Positions 1 to 8,980 of a DNA stretch of 57,927 bases are shown piece after piece. Location of the stretch: IMG/VR virus record IMGVR_UViG_3300036773_000056, positions 1 to 57,927 of that record; one strand, written 5' to 3'. Origin of the DNA: a virus (Duplodnaviria > Caudoviricetes). The translations under genes were made by a program, and so were the position numbers. The notes below the pieces were generated by a model. The model worked only from the letters and a program-made list of their open reading frames with translations. It had not been told where the DNA came from and did no database searches. Numbering within the stretch: the stretch's first letter is position 1; the number at the start of each line of letters is the position of its first letter.

Positions 1-1117
1 CGAGCCTGCGCCGCATGTTGCCCGCGCGGCGCAGGCGTCGGCGCGTCGACGCGCCGAGGGTGCCGCGGGCTGCGCGGCGCGAGGTGGACGCGGGGGCGTG
101 CGGGCGCCGGAGGGCGACGCCCGCACGCCGTACACGCCCTGCCGTGCCCGGCGCCCGCCCCGGGCCGCGGCCGGCGGAACCGGTGCGGCGCCCGGCGCGG
201 CCGGGCGCGGTCGCGCCGCGGCGAAGACCACGCCCGACGCTGGTCCGGCCGGACGTCGCGCCGCCCCGACCAGCACGGGCGGGTCCGCGCCCGGCCGTAC
301 GCGCAGGTGCGGGCCCGCGCGTACGACCGGCCTTGCTACCGGCGGGCGAGCCCCGGCGGGCCGGTTCTCCACCGGCCCCCCGCCCGCGCGCGGTGGTGCC
401 GCTGGCGGTGCGGCGCGCGGCGGCGCGCAGGCGACGGCCGACCGGCCCGCCGGGGGTTCGGTTGGCGCCGTTCTTGGCGGCGGCACCCGGGCGGCCACCA
501 CGCGACGGGCCACCGCCCGCGCGCTTAGCCGCCCCGGCGGCGCCGCGCCCCCCTCCGGTCGCGGCGCCGCCGAGCATCTTCCGGCCGGCGCCCGCGCGCC
601 GGCCGCTGGTCGTGCCGCTCCCCCGCCCCCGGCCGGCCGCCGTCGACGCGCGGCCGGCGCCCGCCGTCTTACCGGCGGCGCGCTTGCGTCCGCCCGCGCT
701 GAGGCCGAGACCTCCGGCGCGGCTACCGCCGAGCGTCCGCGTGCGGGACGTCGACGACCGCGCGCCGCCGATGGTGATCCGCTTGGCGAGCAGGCGCCGC
801 AGCCACCGGAAACGCCACGCGAGGAGCGCCACCACGGCGACCGCGAGCAGGCCGAGCGGCGCAAGGAGGATCCACGCGCCGCACGTCTTGACCAGCCAAC
901 ACCCGATGATCAGCGCGACGGCGGCGCCGCCCGCCACGAGCAGCCCCGCGCGGGGGCCGGCGGGCGCGGGCGCGTCGTCCTGGCCCTCGTCGTCGTGGTC
1001 GTCGTCGAGAGGCGCCGGATCCGTGTCGGGGGCGGGGCCCGCCGAGCCGGGAACCGGGGGGCCTTGGGGTGGGCCCGGCTCTACCGGCTCGGCGGGGGTC
1101 TGTACGTCTTCGCTCAC
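1..1117 (-). CDS. traA: TraA-like transfer protein, N-terminal part (transmembrane segments plus Arg/Gly-rich region); continues across the junction
   Basis: GTG at 1117 (VSEDVQTP...LLVAGGAAVALIIGCWLV...); no in-frame stop down to position 1; in frame with the 57865-57047 ORF. Confidence 0.7.
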   Translation of the reverse strand, partial: MSEDVQTPAEPVEPGPPQGPPVPGSAGPAPDTDPAPLDDDHDDEGQDDAPAPAGPRAGLLVAGGAAVALIIGCWLVKTCGAWILLAPLGLLAVAVVALLAWRFRWLRRLLAKRITIGGARSSTSRTRTLGGSRAGGLGLSAGGRKRAAGKTAGAGRASTAAGRGRGSGTTSGRRAGAGRKMLGGAATGGGRGAAGAAKRAGGGPSRGGRPGAAAKNGANRTPGGPVGRRLRAAARRTASGTTARGRGAGGEPARRGSPAGSKAGRTRGPAPARTAGRGPARAGRGGATSGRTSVGRGLRRGATAPGRAGRRTGSAGRGPGRAPGTAGRVRRAGVALRRPHAPASTSRRAARGTLGASTRRRLRRAGNMRRRL

Positions 1118-1124
1118 GGGTGCC

Positions 1125-1352
1125 TCACAGGGCGAACAGGAGGAGGGCGGCCGTCTTGATGTAGCGCCAGGCCAGCGGGCTCGCGCACGCGCCAGCGGCG
1201 CACCACCGCGCGTGCCCGTCCCAGCCGAGCCAGCCGGTCACGTACCAGCCGAGCCAGCCGAGTAGCAGCACGAACACGACGACGCCGGCGACGACGCCGA
1301 TGACCTCGCCGACGCCGTTCGCCTTGCTGGCGCGGCTCTTCGCGGCGGCCAT
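1125..1352 (-). CDS. Small membrane protein in the tra operon (75 aa)
   Basis: ATG overlaps the upstream stop; hydrophobic VIGVVAGVVVFVLLLGWLGW. Confidence 0.7.
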   Translation of the reverse strand: MAAAKSRASKANGVGEVIGVVAGVVVFVLLLGWLGWYVTGWLGWDGHARWCAAGACASPLAWRYIKTAALLLFAL

Positions 1353-1744
1353 CACAGCCATCCCCCGGCGTCGGCGCAGTCCAGGCACATGCCGTACCGG
1401 CGCGGGATCGTGTACGGCTGTTCCGTGTCGCACTCGCCGCAGACGCGGCGGGCGAGGTTCATCGCGGCCACCGCGCGCAGGTTCCCGGCGGTCGGCACCC
1501 GCTTCGGCACGGCCAGGTCGACCGGGTACAGGCATGCGGTGCGCGTCTTCCCGCGGCCGCCGTTGGCGAGGCTCGACCTCCACATGACCTGCGCGACGGG
1601 TGCCGCGCCGTCCGGACGTAGCCCCTGCTTAGCGAGCTGGCCGCGGGTGGCGAGCCCCTCGGGCGCCGCCTTCCACGGATACGTGGGAAGCCCGTGCCGC
1701 TCCCCCTCTGGGTCGTAGAACGCCATGGATGACCGGGCGCTCAC
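1352..1744 (-). CDS. RRQRL-motif-type zinc-binding protein typical of actinomycete conjugative elements
   Basis: YDPEG..GLPTYPW..APEGLATRGQL...GLRP; C-terminal CGEC...CLDC. Confidence 0.8.
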   Translation of the reverse strand: MSARSSMAFYDPEGERHGLPTYPWKAAPEGLATRGQLAKQGLRPDGAAPVAQVMWRSSLANGGRGKTRTACLYPVDLAVPKRVPTAGNLRAVAAMNLARRVCGECDTEQPYTIPRRYGMCLDCADAGGWL

Positions 1745-2016
1745 AGCATCCCCCGGGGGATGTACGGGCGGGCGGCGACCTGCTCGGGCAGCGCGCCCGG
1801 CTCGGGCAAGAGCTGTTCGAGGTTGAGCGCGTCCCGCACCCAGCACAGCGGGTCGGCGTGGCCGAGGTTGTCGGCGGCGACCGCGGCGCGCATCGCGCCG
1901 AGCACGGTCGACAGGCGCGCGATCGTTTCGAGGTGGGCACCGTGCTCGGTCTCGTACGGGGTGAGCAGGGGGCGCGGGTCCGGCTGCGGCGCGGGGGTTC
2001 CGGCTACCGTGGTCAT
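1741..2016 (-). CDS. Hypothetical protein, first gene of the tra operon
   Basis: AAGGAG RBS; stop overlaps the next start. Confidence 0.7.
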   Translation of the reverse strand: MTTVAGTPAPQPDPRPLLTPYETEHGAHLETIARLSTVLGAMRAAVAADNLGHADPLCWVRDALNLEQLLPEPGALPEQVAARPYIPRGML

Positions 2017-2115
2017 CGGGTCGTGCTCCTTTCGCGAGGCGGTCGACCCTCCGGGCGGTCTCGGCGTTCCAGCGCCGGGGCCGCCCCTTTTTTTATCCAG
2101 AGAAGCAGGGTGTCG

Positions 2116-2198
2116 GACGCCCTACGTCTAGCGGTAGCCTGATCCCGAAAAGAGCCCCTGTCAAGGCGGGGTGCCGCCGAGACAGGATGTAGGGCATC
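2116..2198. promoter_or_regulatory. Divergent tra/gntR control region with inverted GA(T/C)GCCCTAC(A/G)T boxes
   Basis: gacgccctacgt at 2116-2127; reverse-complement copy at 2187-2198; third copy at 3061-3072. Confidence 0.6.
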
Positions 2199-2241
2199 TA
2201 GGATGAGCGGACCTGATCGCCGAGTGAAACGACGAGCCCGC

Positions 2242-3009
2242 ATGATCGAACAGCCGAAAGCGCAGTACCGGCAGCTTGCCGACCGCCTGCGTGCGCGCAT
2301 CCACAACGGCGATTACCCGCGTACCTCTCGGCTCCCGTCCGAGCTGGACCTAGCCGCCGAGTACGGGGTGAGCAGGCAGACCGTGAACCGCGCCGTGACC
2401 ATGCTGCGAAACGAGGGCCTGGTGCGCGCCGAGCGCGGAGTCGGGGTCGTCGTGACCGCGATCCCGCCCGTACGCCGCAACGCGGTCGCCCGGTACCGCA
2501 CGGATGCGCGCGAGCGCGCCGGCGCGCGGGGAGCATTCGATACGGAGATCCGCGCGCTCGGGATGACGCCACGCGTGGAGTACCGCCGGGTCGAGCGGGT
2601 CACCCCGCCGCCAGCGGTTGCCGCGGCCCTGGGCCTGGAAACGGGCACGCCGAACACGCTCGTGCGGGACCGGCGCATGTGGGCTGACAGCGTCCCGATG
2701 CAGGTCGCAGCCTCATACATTCCGTGGGAGATCGCCGAGGGAACGCAGATCGCCGAGCAGGACAGCGGCCCGGGCGGCATCATCTCCCGTTTCGCCGAGC
2801 TCGGGTTGACGCAGACGCGTATCAGTGAGCGCGTCACCGTGCGCACGCCGACCGACGACGAAGCGCACTTTCTCGCAATGGACGCTGACCAGCTTGTTTA
2901 CGCCGTCACGCACATTGGGTGGACGGCGGATGACCGGCCGGTCGAGGTGACGGTCCACGTGATGCCCGTGCACCTGTGGGAGCTCGACTACGAATGGCCC
3001 ACGGACTGA
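2242..3009 (+). CDS. GntR family (HutC/UTRA) repressor, KorA/TraR-like transfer regulator
   Basis: YRQLADRLRARI...LPSELDLAAEYGVSRQTVNRA wHTH plus UTRA domain; divergent from the tra operon. Confidence 0.9.
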   Translation: MIEQPKAQYRQLADRLRARIHNGDYPRTSRLPSELDLAAEYGVSRQTVNRAVTMLRNEGLVRAERGVGVVVTAIPPVRRNAVARYRTDARERAGARGAFDTEIRALGMTPRVEYRRVERVTPPPAVAAALGLETGTPNTLVRDRRMWADSVPMQVAASYIPWEIAEGTQIAEQDSGPGGIISRFAELGLTQTRISERVTVRTPTDDEAHFLAMDADQLVYAVTHIGWTADDRPVEVTVHVMPVHLWELDYEWPTD

Positions 3010-3089
3010 GCGGCGACACGCCCGCGCGAGGTCACACGCTCACACACGCGATGGAGGGAGGATGCCCTACATGATCGCCGAACCCCAGA

Positions 3090-3189
3090 AACGACTAAGG
3101 CCCCCGTAGGGGCCCGTCGCGCCGCACCGGGTTGCCGCCCGGAACAACTGCACCTTCCAACCACGAAAGGACGCTCACTGATGAGCGTA
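3090..3189 (-). ncRNA. Putative countertranscript (antisense copy-control RNA)
   Basis: Minus-strand -10 TACGCT (3184-3189); minus-strand hairpin GGCCCC-UACG-GGGGCC followed by a U-rich tail; overlaps the leader-peptide RBS. Confidence 0.45.
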
Positions 3190-3249
3190 CGTCCTCCTAG
3201 CGGTACCGCGCTACTTGACCCCAGCGACACGCCGGGATTCCCCCGATGA
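3181..3249 (+). CDS. 22-aa leader peptide translationally coupled to rep
   Basis: GAAAGGA RBS; MSVRPPSGTALLDPSDTPGFPR; its TGA overlaps the rep ATG (ATGA 3246-3249). Confidence 0.5.
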   Translation: MSVRPPSGTALLDPSDTPGFPR

Positions 3250-4181
3250 CCGCCGGGCCGTACGGCCGGATCCGCCGCGGCCTGATGGGCGGCGACCGCT
3301 TCACCCAGATCAGTAACGATCTGTTCCGCGACCCGCGTCTGTCCGCGAAAGCGAAGGGCGTGTTCGGGTACATCTCCACCCACCGCGACGGCTACGGCGT
3401 CACGATCGAGGTCATCACCCGCCACATGCGGGACGGCAAGGACGCGGTCCGCGGCGCGCTGAAAGAGCTCGAAGCGTACGGCTACCTGATCCGCGAACGG
3501 GTCCGTGACGACGCCGGCCAGCTCCGCGAAGTCGAGTACTTCATCACCGATCAGCCGGCGCTCCCCCTCGACCTCACCGACCAGGCGACCCCATCCCCCG
3601 CGCCTCCGGGCAGGTCAGACCCAAGACCGGGAAACCCGACGTTGGACCCAACCAGCGGAAACACGGGTTCTCGCAGGTCAGAACCTAAGTCGGGAAATCC
3701 AACGTTGGATGATCCCGCGTTGGGAAACCCCACGACTAAGAACACCAATCCCAAGAACACCAACCAGAAGAAGATCATGGGGATGGAGGAGGAGGGCGGC
3801 ACCCCCGCACACGAGCACGACGACCCGGCCCGCGCGCTGCTCGCCGACCTACCCGACCCGTGGGCTCTCGGCGCCGTGTCCGTCGACCGGCTCACCGCAG
3901 CCGCTGCCGCGGCTCTCGGCACCGGCTGGACACCGGCCGCGCTCACCGAACACCTCGTACGGAACCCGGGCGGGGTGAAGAATCCTGAGCGGGTCCTCGC
4001 GGCCCGGCTCGCGAACCTCCCGGCACCGCCCGCAGCCCGCCGCGCGGCCGAGCGGAACGCCGACCGGTTCGTCAAGCCGACCGCCGCACCCGACGCCGCC
4101 GCCGCGCAACGCGGCGCCGCCGCCGTACGCGCGCGCCTCCCCCGGCCACGCCACACAGCCACCGACCGCGCCACAGCCTGA
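3246..4181 (+). CDS. wHTH replication initiator (plasmid-state Rep)
   Basis: FTQISNDLFRDPRLSAKAKG...GKDAVRGALKELEAYGYLIRER; iterons inside the gene. Confidence 0.8.
   Translation: MTAGPYGRIRRGLMGGDRFTQISNDLFRDPRLSAKAKGVFGYISTHRDGYGVTIEVITRHMRDGKDAVRGALKELEAYGYLIRERVRDDAGQLREVEYFITDQPALPLDLTDQATPSPAPPGRSDPRPGNPTLDPTSGNTGSRRSEPKSGNPTLDDPALGNPTTKNTNPKNTNQKKIMGMEEEGGTPAHEHDDPARALLADLPDPWALGAVSVDRLTAAAAAALGTGWTPAALTEHLVRNPGGVKNPERVLAARLANLPAPPAARRAAERNADRFVKPTAAPDAAAAQRGAAAVRARLPRPRHTATDRATA
3610..3763. repeat. Iteron-like origin inside rep
   Basis: 37-bp imperfect direct repeats at 3610-3646 and 3673-3709 (GCAGGTCAGA...GGGAAAYCC.ACGTTGGA); third GGGAAACCC at 3722; AAGAACACCAA twice. Confidence 0.65.
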
Positions 4182-4194
4182 AAGGACAGCGCCG

Positions 4195-4590
4195 ATGACC
4201 ACCAACCCGACCCCTGGCGTGTACCGAGACCCCGACGTCCCGACGCCGCCCGGACCCTGGCACGGGCCCCACTGCTCACACGACGACTGCTCAATGGACG
4301 TGTGCGACGTCTCCGGCATGATCGAGCACCCGTGCGCGCGGCAGGCCGAGTGCTCGCTGTGCCGCGACGTGCCGTGCGTGACGATCGTCGTCGCGGTGCG
4401 CATGCCGGACCGGCAGACGGTCGAGGTGGTCGACGTGCCGGACGAGGACTACCAGGTGGGCATGCGCGTCCTCGCCGAGCAGCGGGTCAAGTACGAGACC
4501 GACGATCAGGTGGCGGTGTTCGCGCTCACCGGGCCGTCGTCGGAGGCGATCCGCGAGGCGTACGCCGAGGCACGGGCACCCGCAGCATGA
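4195..4590 (+). CDS. Hypothetical Cys/His-rich protein
   Basis: GAAAGGA RBS; CDVS and CSLC motifs. Confidence 0.7.
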   Translation: MTTNPTPGVYRDPDVPTPPGPWHGPHCSHDDCSMDVCDVSGMIEHPCARQAECSLCRDVPCVTIVVAVRMPDRQTVEVVDVPDEDYQVGMRVLAEQRVKYETDDQVAVFALTGPSSEAIREAYAEARAPAA

Positions 4591-4626
4591 CGGAAGGGGC
4601 GGGCCCCGGCGGGCCCGCCCCTTCCG
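4591..4626. terminator. Bidirectional hairpin terminator
   Basis: cggaaggggcgggccc...gggcccgccccttccg between convergent genes. Confidence 0.75.
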
Positions 4627-4638
4627 CTGCGTGGCGTG

Positions 4639-5040
4639 CTACTGCGCTTGCCGGTACTCCGCGAGGTCGATGATCTGCGCGTCGGGACGCATCGCCGTCA
4701 GGCTGTGGTGCCGGCCGGACAGCGGCGCGTTCGCGAGCTGGTCGATCAGGTCGTTCCGCGCGTAGTCGTACGCGGAATCGGCGAGCGCCACGAGGTCGCC
4801 GGGTGGCACGTTCCGACCAGCCGAATGGGCGACGATCACACCAGAATTCGCTTTTGCGAATTCTGCCCGTATTGCCCATATTCCGGTGGTTGTCACCGCG
4901 CCCGCGAGAACGAGCAGCGCCCCGTACTGGAGTATCAACGGCATCTGATCATCGGGGATGAGCAGGACCGGCACGAACGTGGCCGTGGCCACAGCCCACA
5001 GGCCGATGGCGATCTGTCCCCATGGCACGTGTTGACGCAC
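4639..5040 (-). CDS. Membrane protein downstream of the repressor
   Basis: Two hydrophobic segments; GGAGGG RBS. Confidence 0.65.
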   Translation of the reverse strand: MRQHVPWGQIAIGLWAVATATFVPVLLIPDDQMPLILQYGALLVLAGAVTTTGIWAIRAEFAKANSGVIVAHSAGRNVPPGDLVALADSAYDYARNDLIDQLANAPLSGRHHSLTAMRPDAQIIDLAEYRQAQ

Positions 5041-5178
5041 TAGTAGACCCTCCCCGGGGGTGCGCGTTCAGGGTCCCCACCCAAAACGAAACGTGAGAGC
5101 CCTTATAGTTACACGCCGTCACGGGTTCCGGTCACGTGCTACTGGTCGGTAATTTAGCTTGCAACTAAACGGCGCAGG

Positions 5179-5721
5179 TCAACCGGCATGACGCGATTCG
5201 TCACCAGGCGAGAAATTGTCCGCGAGTGCCCGAACCTCAATCAGAAACTGTCTCCGGTTTCGCTCCCTGACCTCTGAGATTCCGGCCGTCAACTGCGCCT
5301 TTGCCGCCGCCGATAGGTCCGGCCCGAGGATTTCGGCCAGCTCCTCATCCTTGACATCACTAACGGTAGCGGCGGGTGACTGTTCGGTGCGCTCGGCTGC
5401 GGCGGTCTGCATGCCGCGCAGCACCTCGGCCGCGTCGCCGCGGTCGACCGCGGCGAGCTGATCGGCCGTCACGCCGACCACCTGCGCCATGTGGGCGAGC
5501 GTGTCGGCCGCCGCCCGTACGGGAAGCCGGGATCGGTCCGGACCTGGCTTGTATCCGTTCTCGACGTGCTGCCACCACCCGGAGCTCACGCCGATTTTCT
5601 CGGCGGCCGACCGGATGCTGATCTTCGGCCAATGAGCATGTCGTGCCGTCCGGAGGAGTTTGCCCTCCGGTGGGGCTGTGGGCTGCTGACGCCCAGGGGA
5701 AGTCACGGGTTTACCTCGCAT
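5179..5721 (-). CDS. XRE-family immunity repressor (CI-like)
   Basis: PPEGKLLRTAR...ISIRSAAEKIGVSSGWWQHVENGY; divergent from a Cro/Xis-like gene. Confidence 0.8.
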   Translation of the reverse strand: MRGKPVTSPGRQQPTAPPEGKLLRTARHAHWPKISIRSAAEKIGVSSGWWQHVENGYKPGPDRSRLPVRAAADTLAHMAQVVGVTADQLAAVDRGDAAEVLRGMQTAAAERTEQSPAATVSDVKDEELAEILGPDLSAAAKAQLTAGISEVRERNRRQFLIEVRALADNFSPGDESRHAG

Positions 5722-5785
5722 CTGCCCGTTATCGGATCGCGACTGTTCAAGAGTCGCCCGCAGTCTCGCATACGTCAATGCCCGA

Positions 5786-5850
5786 TGGCATCCGATGGCA
5801 GAGTTTGGCGCGAGGTATTGCAGAGTGCCATCCTATGCCATACGATGCCA
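5786..5850. promoter_or_regulatory. Genetic-switch operator array
   Basis: TGGCA/TGGCA/TGGCG at 5786, 5796, 5806 and TGCCA at 5826, 5836, 5846 (10-bp period, inverted sets). Confidence 0.65.
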
Positions 5851-5853
5851 TTC

Positions 5854-6084
5854 ATGATCGCAACCGGGTCACCCGAGCACGACGCCCCCACCCGCCTTGA
5901 GCAGGCCGGATACGTGGACATGGCGACCGCGCGGGAGATGACGGGCTACTCGATCCGCACCCTTCACCGCCTGGTGAAGAACGGCGACGTCGAGTCCTGC
6001 CGGGACCGCGGGAAGCGCTGGATCCTCCGCACCTCCCTGGAATCCCGTCTCCGCGACGTGCTCGACCAGACCCCCCAGACATGA
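5854..6084 (+). CDS. Cro/excisionase-like HTH_17 protein
   Basis: YVDMATAREMTGYSIRTLHRLVKNGDV...GKRWILRTSL. Confidence 0.8.
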   Translation: MIATGSPEHDAPTRLEQAGYVDMATAREMTGYSIRTLHRLVKNGDVESCRDRGKRWILRTSLESRLRDVLDQTPQT

Positions 6085-6160
6085 CAACGGCGGCGCCCGG
6101 ATTGCGCCCGGACGCCGCCAACGGCCCGCACCACACAGCAACACGGAGGTACACGGACCA

Positions 6161-6559
6161 ATGGACAACAGCGTACCGATGCCCGCAGTCCTGGCGACCC
6201 TCAACCTGATCGCCGGCGCCGACGTCCCCGGCATCATCTGGGCGTCCGGCGGATCCCGGTCCGGCGTCAGCATCGGCGCCCACGCCACCCCCGAGAACCC
6301 CCACGCCATCGCCGCGCGCCTCGCCTCCGCGGTCGGGATCAACACCGCGCCGGAGACCACCTACCCGGACGACCACACCGTGTGCGTCGCCGTCACCGGC
6401 GACCACTACCGGGTTCCGGTCGCCATCCGGGTGTACGCGGCGTACGTCCCCGCGCCCCGGCCCGTCGAGGTCGACCTCGACGCCGACGCCCTCGCGATCG
6501 ACGACGCGAACCGCCGCCACGCCGCCGCCACCGACGCCGCCGAGCTGGTGTCCGCATGA
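6161..6559 (+). CDS. Hypothetical early protein
   Basis: GGAGG upstream; stop overlaps the bet start. Confidence 0.7.
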   Translation: MDNSVPMPAVLATLNLIAGADVPGIIWASGGSRSGVSIGAHATPENPHAIAARLASAVGINTAPETTYPDDHTVCVAVTGDHYRVPVAIRVYAAYVPAPRPVEVDLDADALAIDDANRRHAAATDAAELVSA

Positions 6560-7584
6560 CCGACACGACCGTGATGGACGCCCCCGCCGCCACCGCGGCG
6601 GGGGCCGCCCCCCAGGGCGCAGCACCCGCCGGCGAGCTGGCCGAGCTGGACACGGCCGCGCTCGCGATCCGCCCCGACCAAACCATGTGGACGCCCTACC
6701 AGCGGGCCGCGCTGGCACAGATGGGCGTCGCGCAGGACTGCCCCAACCCTGTCCTCGCGACGTTCCTCCACACGTGCCAGACCCGCCGCCTGGACCCGTT
6801 CATCCGACAGGTGTACCTGATCGGGCGGCCGAACAAGCGGAAGGGCACCACCGAGTACACCGCGCAGACCGGCATCGACGGGTTTCGCGTCATCGCCCGC
6901 CGCGCCGCCGACAAGGCCGGCATCGAATACGGCTACGAGGACCCGGTCTGGTTCGACCGGAACGGCCGCGAGCACGCCGTGTGGCTGGCCGATGGGCCCC
7001 CCGCCGCCGCGCGCTGCGTCGTGCTGCGCAACGGCCACCGGTTCGCCGCGGTCGCCCGGTTCGACGCGTACGCCGCCCGCTGGCAGCCGTCCGGGGACCT
7101 GAAAAACCAGTGGGCGACCATGCCCGACCACATGATCCTCAAGTGCGCCGAGGCGTTGGCCCTGCGCATGGCGTTCCCCGAGGATCTGGGCGGCCTGTAC
7201 ACCGACGAGGAGATGCAGCAGGCGGACAACGGTTTCGAGCCGCCCGCCGGGGCGCCCGTCGTCACCGGCCGCGCCGAACCCGCCGCCGCTCCCCCGAACC
7301 CGGCGCCCACCGCCGCGGCCTCCCCCGAGCAGCCCGCCGACCCCGGCGACGCCGTGGCGGCCGGCGTCGCGCAGCAGTTCGCCGCCGAAGCGCAGAACGC
7401 CCCCGACCTCGACACCTGGCGAGACATCTACCGGCGCGCCGTCGCCGCCGGTGTGCTGCGCGAGCCCGTCACGGTCGGCGGCAAGGCCGGTCCGCTCGGC
7501 GTGTACCTGACCGCCCGCGGCCTGCAACTCCAGGCCGCCGCCCGCACCACCACCACCGAGCAGGCGGGAGACCACGCCGCATGA
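6556..7584 (+). CDS. bet: Phage single-strand annealing recombinase Bet/RecT
   Basis: LDPFIRQVYLI, QTGIDGFRVIARR, W..MPDHMILKCAEALALRMAFPEDLGGLYTDEEM. Confidence 0.9.
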   Translation: MTDTTVMDAPAATAAGAAPQGAAPAGELAELDTAALAIRPDQTMWTPYQRAALAQMGVAQDCPNPVLATFLHTCQTRRLDPFIRQVYLIGRPNKRKGTTEYTAQTGIDGFRVIARRAADKAGIEYGYEDPVWFDRNGREHAVWLADGPPAAARCVVLRNGHRFAAVARFDAYAARWQPSGDLKNQWATMPDHMILKCAEALALRMAFPEDLGGLYTDEEMQQADNGFEPPAGAPVVTGRAEPAAAPPNPAPTAAASPEQPADPGDAVAAGVAQQFAAEAQNAPDLDTWRDIYRRAVAAGVLREPVTVGGKAGPLGVYLTARGLQLQAAARTTTTEQAGDHAA

Positions 7585-8288
7585 CCACCACCCCGACCCC
7601 GACCCAGGTCCCCGTTGCATGGTCCGACGAGACCCGCCACCTGAGCACCCGCATGGCCATGGTGAAGGCCGCGAGCGAGTACCTGGCCAGCGCGGAGAAG
7701 GCGATCAAGGACCGGCTCAACAAGACCCTGCGGCCCGGGGAGAAGATCGCCGCCGAGATGCCGGACGGCACCCCGCTCGGCGAGGTCATCAAGCCGAAGA
7801 CCACGTACAAGGCGAGCGTGCGCGACACGGCGGCCCTGTTCGCCCACGTGAAGCAGCACCACGAGACCGAGATCGAGATCACGGCGCACCTCACGCCCGA
7901 CATGCTCGAATTCCTGCGCGAGATGCTGCCCGACGCCATCCGCGAGAACGTGCGGCCCGCGTACGTGACGCAGCTCCTCAACCGCGCGATGGCCGCCGGG
8001 CAGCCGCCGGTCGACGACGCCACCGGCGAACTGTTCCCGGGCATCGAGGTGCAGCGCGCCACCGAGTACGTGAAGGTCCCGCCGCTGACCAAGGGCGCCC
8101 ACGAGGCCATCCTCGCGGCGTGGCAGGCGGGCGCGCTCGCGGACATCGCCGCCGACCCCCTCGGCCTCGACCAGGCCCCCGCCGAGGACGTCGAGCAGGA
8201 CGTCGAGCAGGACGTCGAGCAGGACGTCGAGCAGGACGTCGAGCAGGACGTCGAGCAGGACGTCGAGGCGGTGCCCGGTGAGGAGTGA
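7581..8288 (+). CDS. Hypothetical protein with (EQDV)6 acidic tail
   Basis: ATGA overlap; DDATGELFPGIEV motif. Confidence 0.75.
   Translation: MTTTPTPTQVPVAWSDETRHLSTRMAMVKAASEYLASAEKAIKDRLNKTLRPGEKIAAEMPDGTPLGEVIKPKTTYKASVRDTAALFAHVKQHHETEIEITAHLTPDMLEFLREMLPDAIRENVRPAYVTQLLNRAMAAGQPPVDDATGELFPGIEVQRATEYVKVPPLTKGAHEAILAAWQAGALADIAADPLGLDQAPAEDVEQDVEQDVEQDVEQDVEQDVEQDVEAVPGEE
8185..8267 (+). repeat. 12-bp tandem repeat GAGCAGGACGTC x6 plus partial copies
   Basis: Perfect in-frame tandem repeat. Confidence 0.95.
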
Positions 8289-8568
8289 CCTCGACCTGAT
8301 CGCCCGCTCGATCCTCACCGGCGGGGGCGTGTGCGTGTACGTCGCGCAGCTCGACGGCGAGCACGCCCGCCCCGCGCTCGTGTCCGCCGCCGTGCAGGGC
8401 GCCAACGGCCTGCACGCCGTCGACCTCCGGTACGGCGGGTGGCGCTGCACCTGCGTCGGCTGGGTCCAGCAGCACGACGGCCTTGGGGACTGCCCCCACA
8501 TCCGCGCCGTGCAGCTCGCCACCGGCCACGCCCCCGCCCGCACGCCCGCGGGGGTGACCCGATGGTGA
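8278..8568 (+). CDS. SWIM-type zinc finger protein
   Basis: WRCTC...CPHIRAV. Confidence 0.65.
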   Translation: MRSDLDLIARSILTGGGVCVYVAQLDGEHARPALVSAAVQGANGLHAVDLRYGGWRCTCVGWVQQHDGLGDCPHIRAVQLATGHAPARTPAGVTRW

Positions 8569-8975
8569 CCGAGCTCATCCCCGCCGACGTCGCCGCGGCG
8601 ATCCGCCGTACCGCCTGGACCCAGGCCATGCGGCGCACGTACGCCGAGGTCCCCGGCTTCTACACGGCCTGCGCCTGCGAGTACGGGACGTCCGGGAACT
8701 GCGAGACCGGCCACTGCGGAGACTGCGTCCGCGGCGAGCCGCTGCGCCGCCCCGAGACCGTGATCGTGTCCCGCGCCCACACCGGCGCCGCGTTCCTCCC
8801 CGCCCCGTACGCCCACGAGACCGACGTATCAGCGACCGGCCCGAAGTACGAGCGGATCGCCCACGTGTGGCTCACCGACCGTGTGTGCACCTGGACGTGC
8901 CCGCACCGCTGCCACCAGATCGGCCACGTCGAACGCGACCAGCTCTCCATCTTCGACGCCCTCGAAAGGGTGTGA
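8562..8975 (+). CDS. Cys-rich DUF6248-like protein
   Basis: CACEYG..GNC..GHC..C...PETVI...VWL....CTWTC. Confidence 0.6.
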   Translation: MVTELIPADVAAAIRRTAWTQAMRRTYAEVPGFYTACACEYGTSGNCETGHCGDCVRGEPLRRPETVIVSRAHTGAAFLPAPYAHETDVSATGPKYERIAHVWLTDRVCTWTCPHRCHQIGHVERDQLSIFDALERV

Positions 8976-8980
8976 CCAGC

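Noticed and set aside
15-1265. Long plus-strand Arg/Pro/Ala-rich ORFs (416 aa, 353 aa) and the many similar overlapping ORFs across the window
   Set aside because: Shadow frames of real genes in high-GC DNA; no RBS or motifs
2076-2096. GGGG-ccg-CCCC-T7 mini hairpin as an antisense terminator in the tra leader
   Set aside because: Stem of only 4 bp and no promoter identified; too weak to call
8185-8267. Tandem repeat as a CRISPR-like or guide array
   Set aside because: No spacers; an in-frame coding repeat
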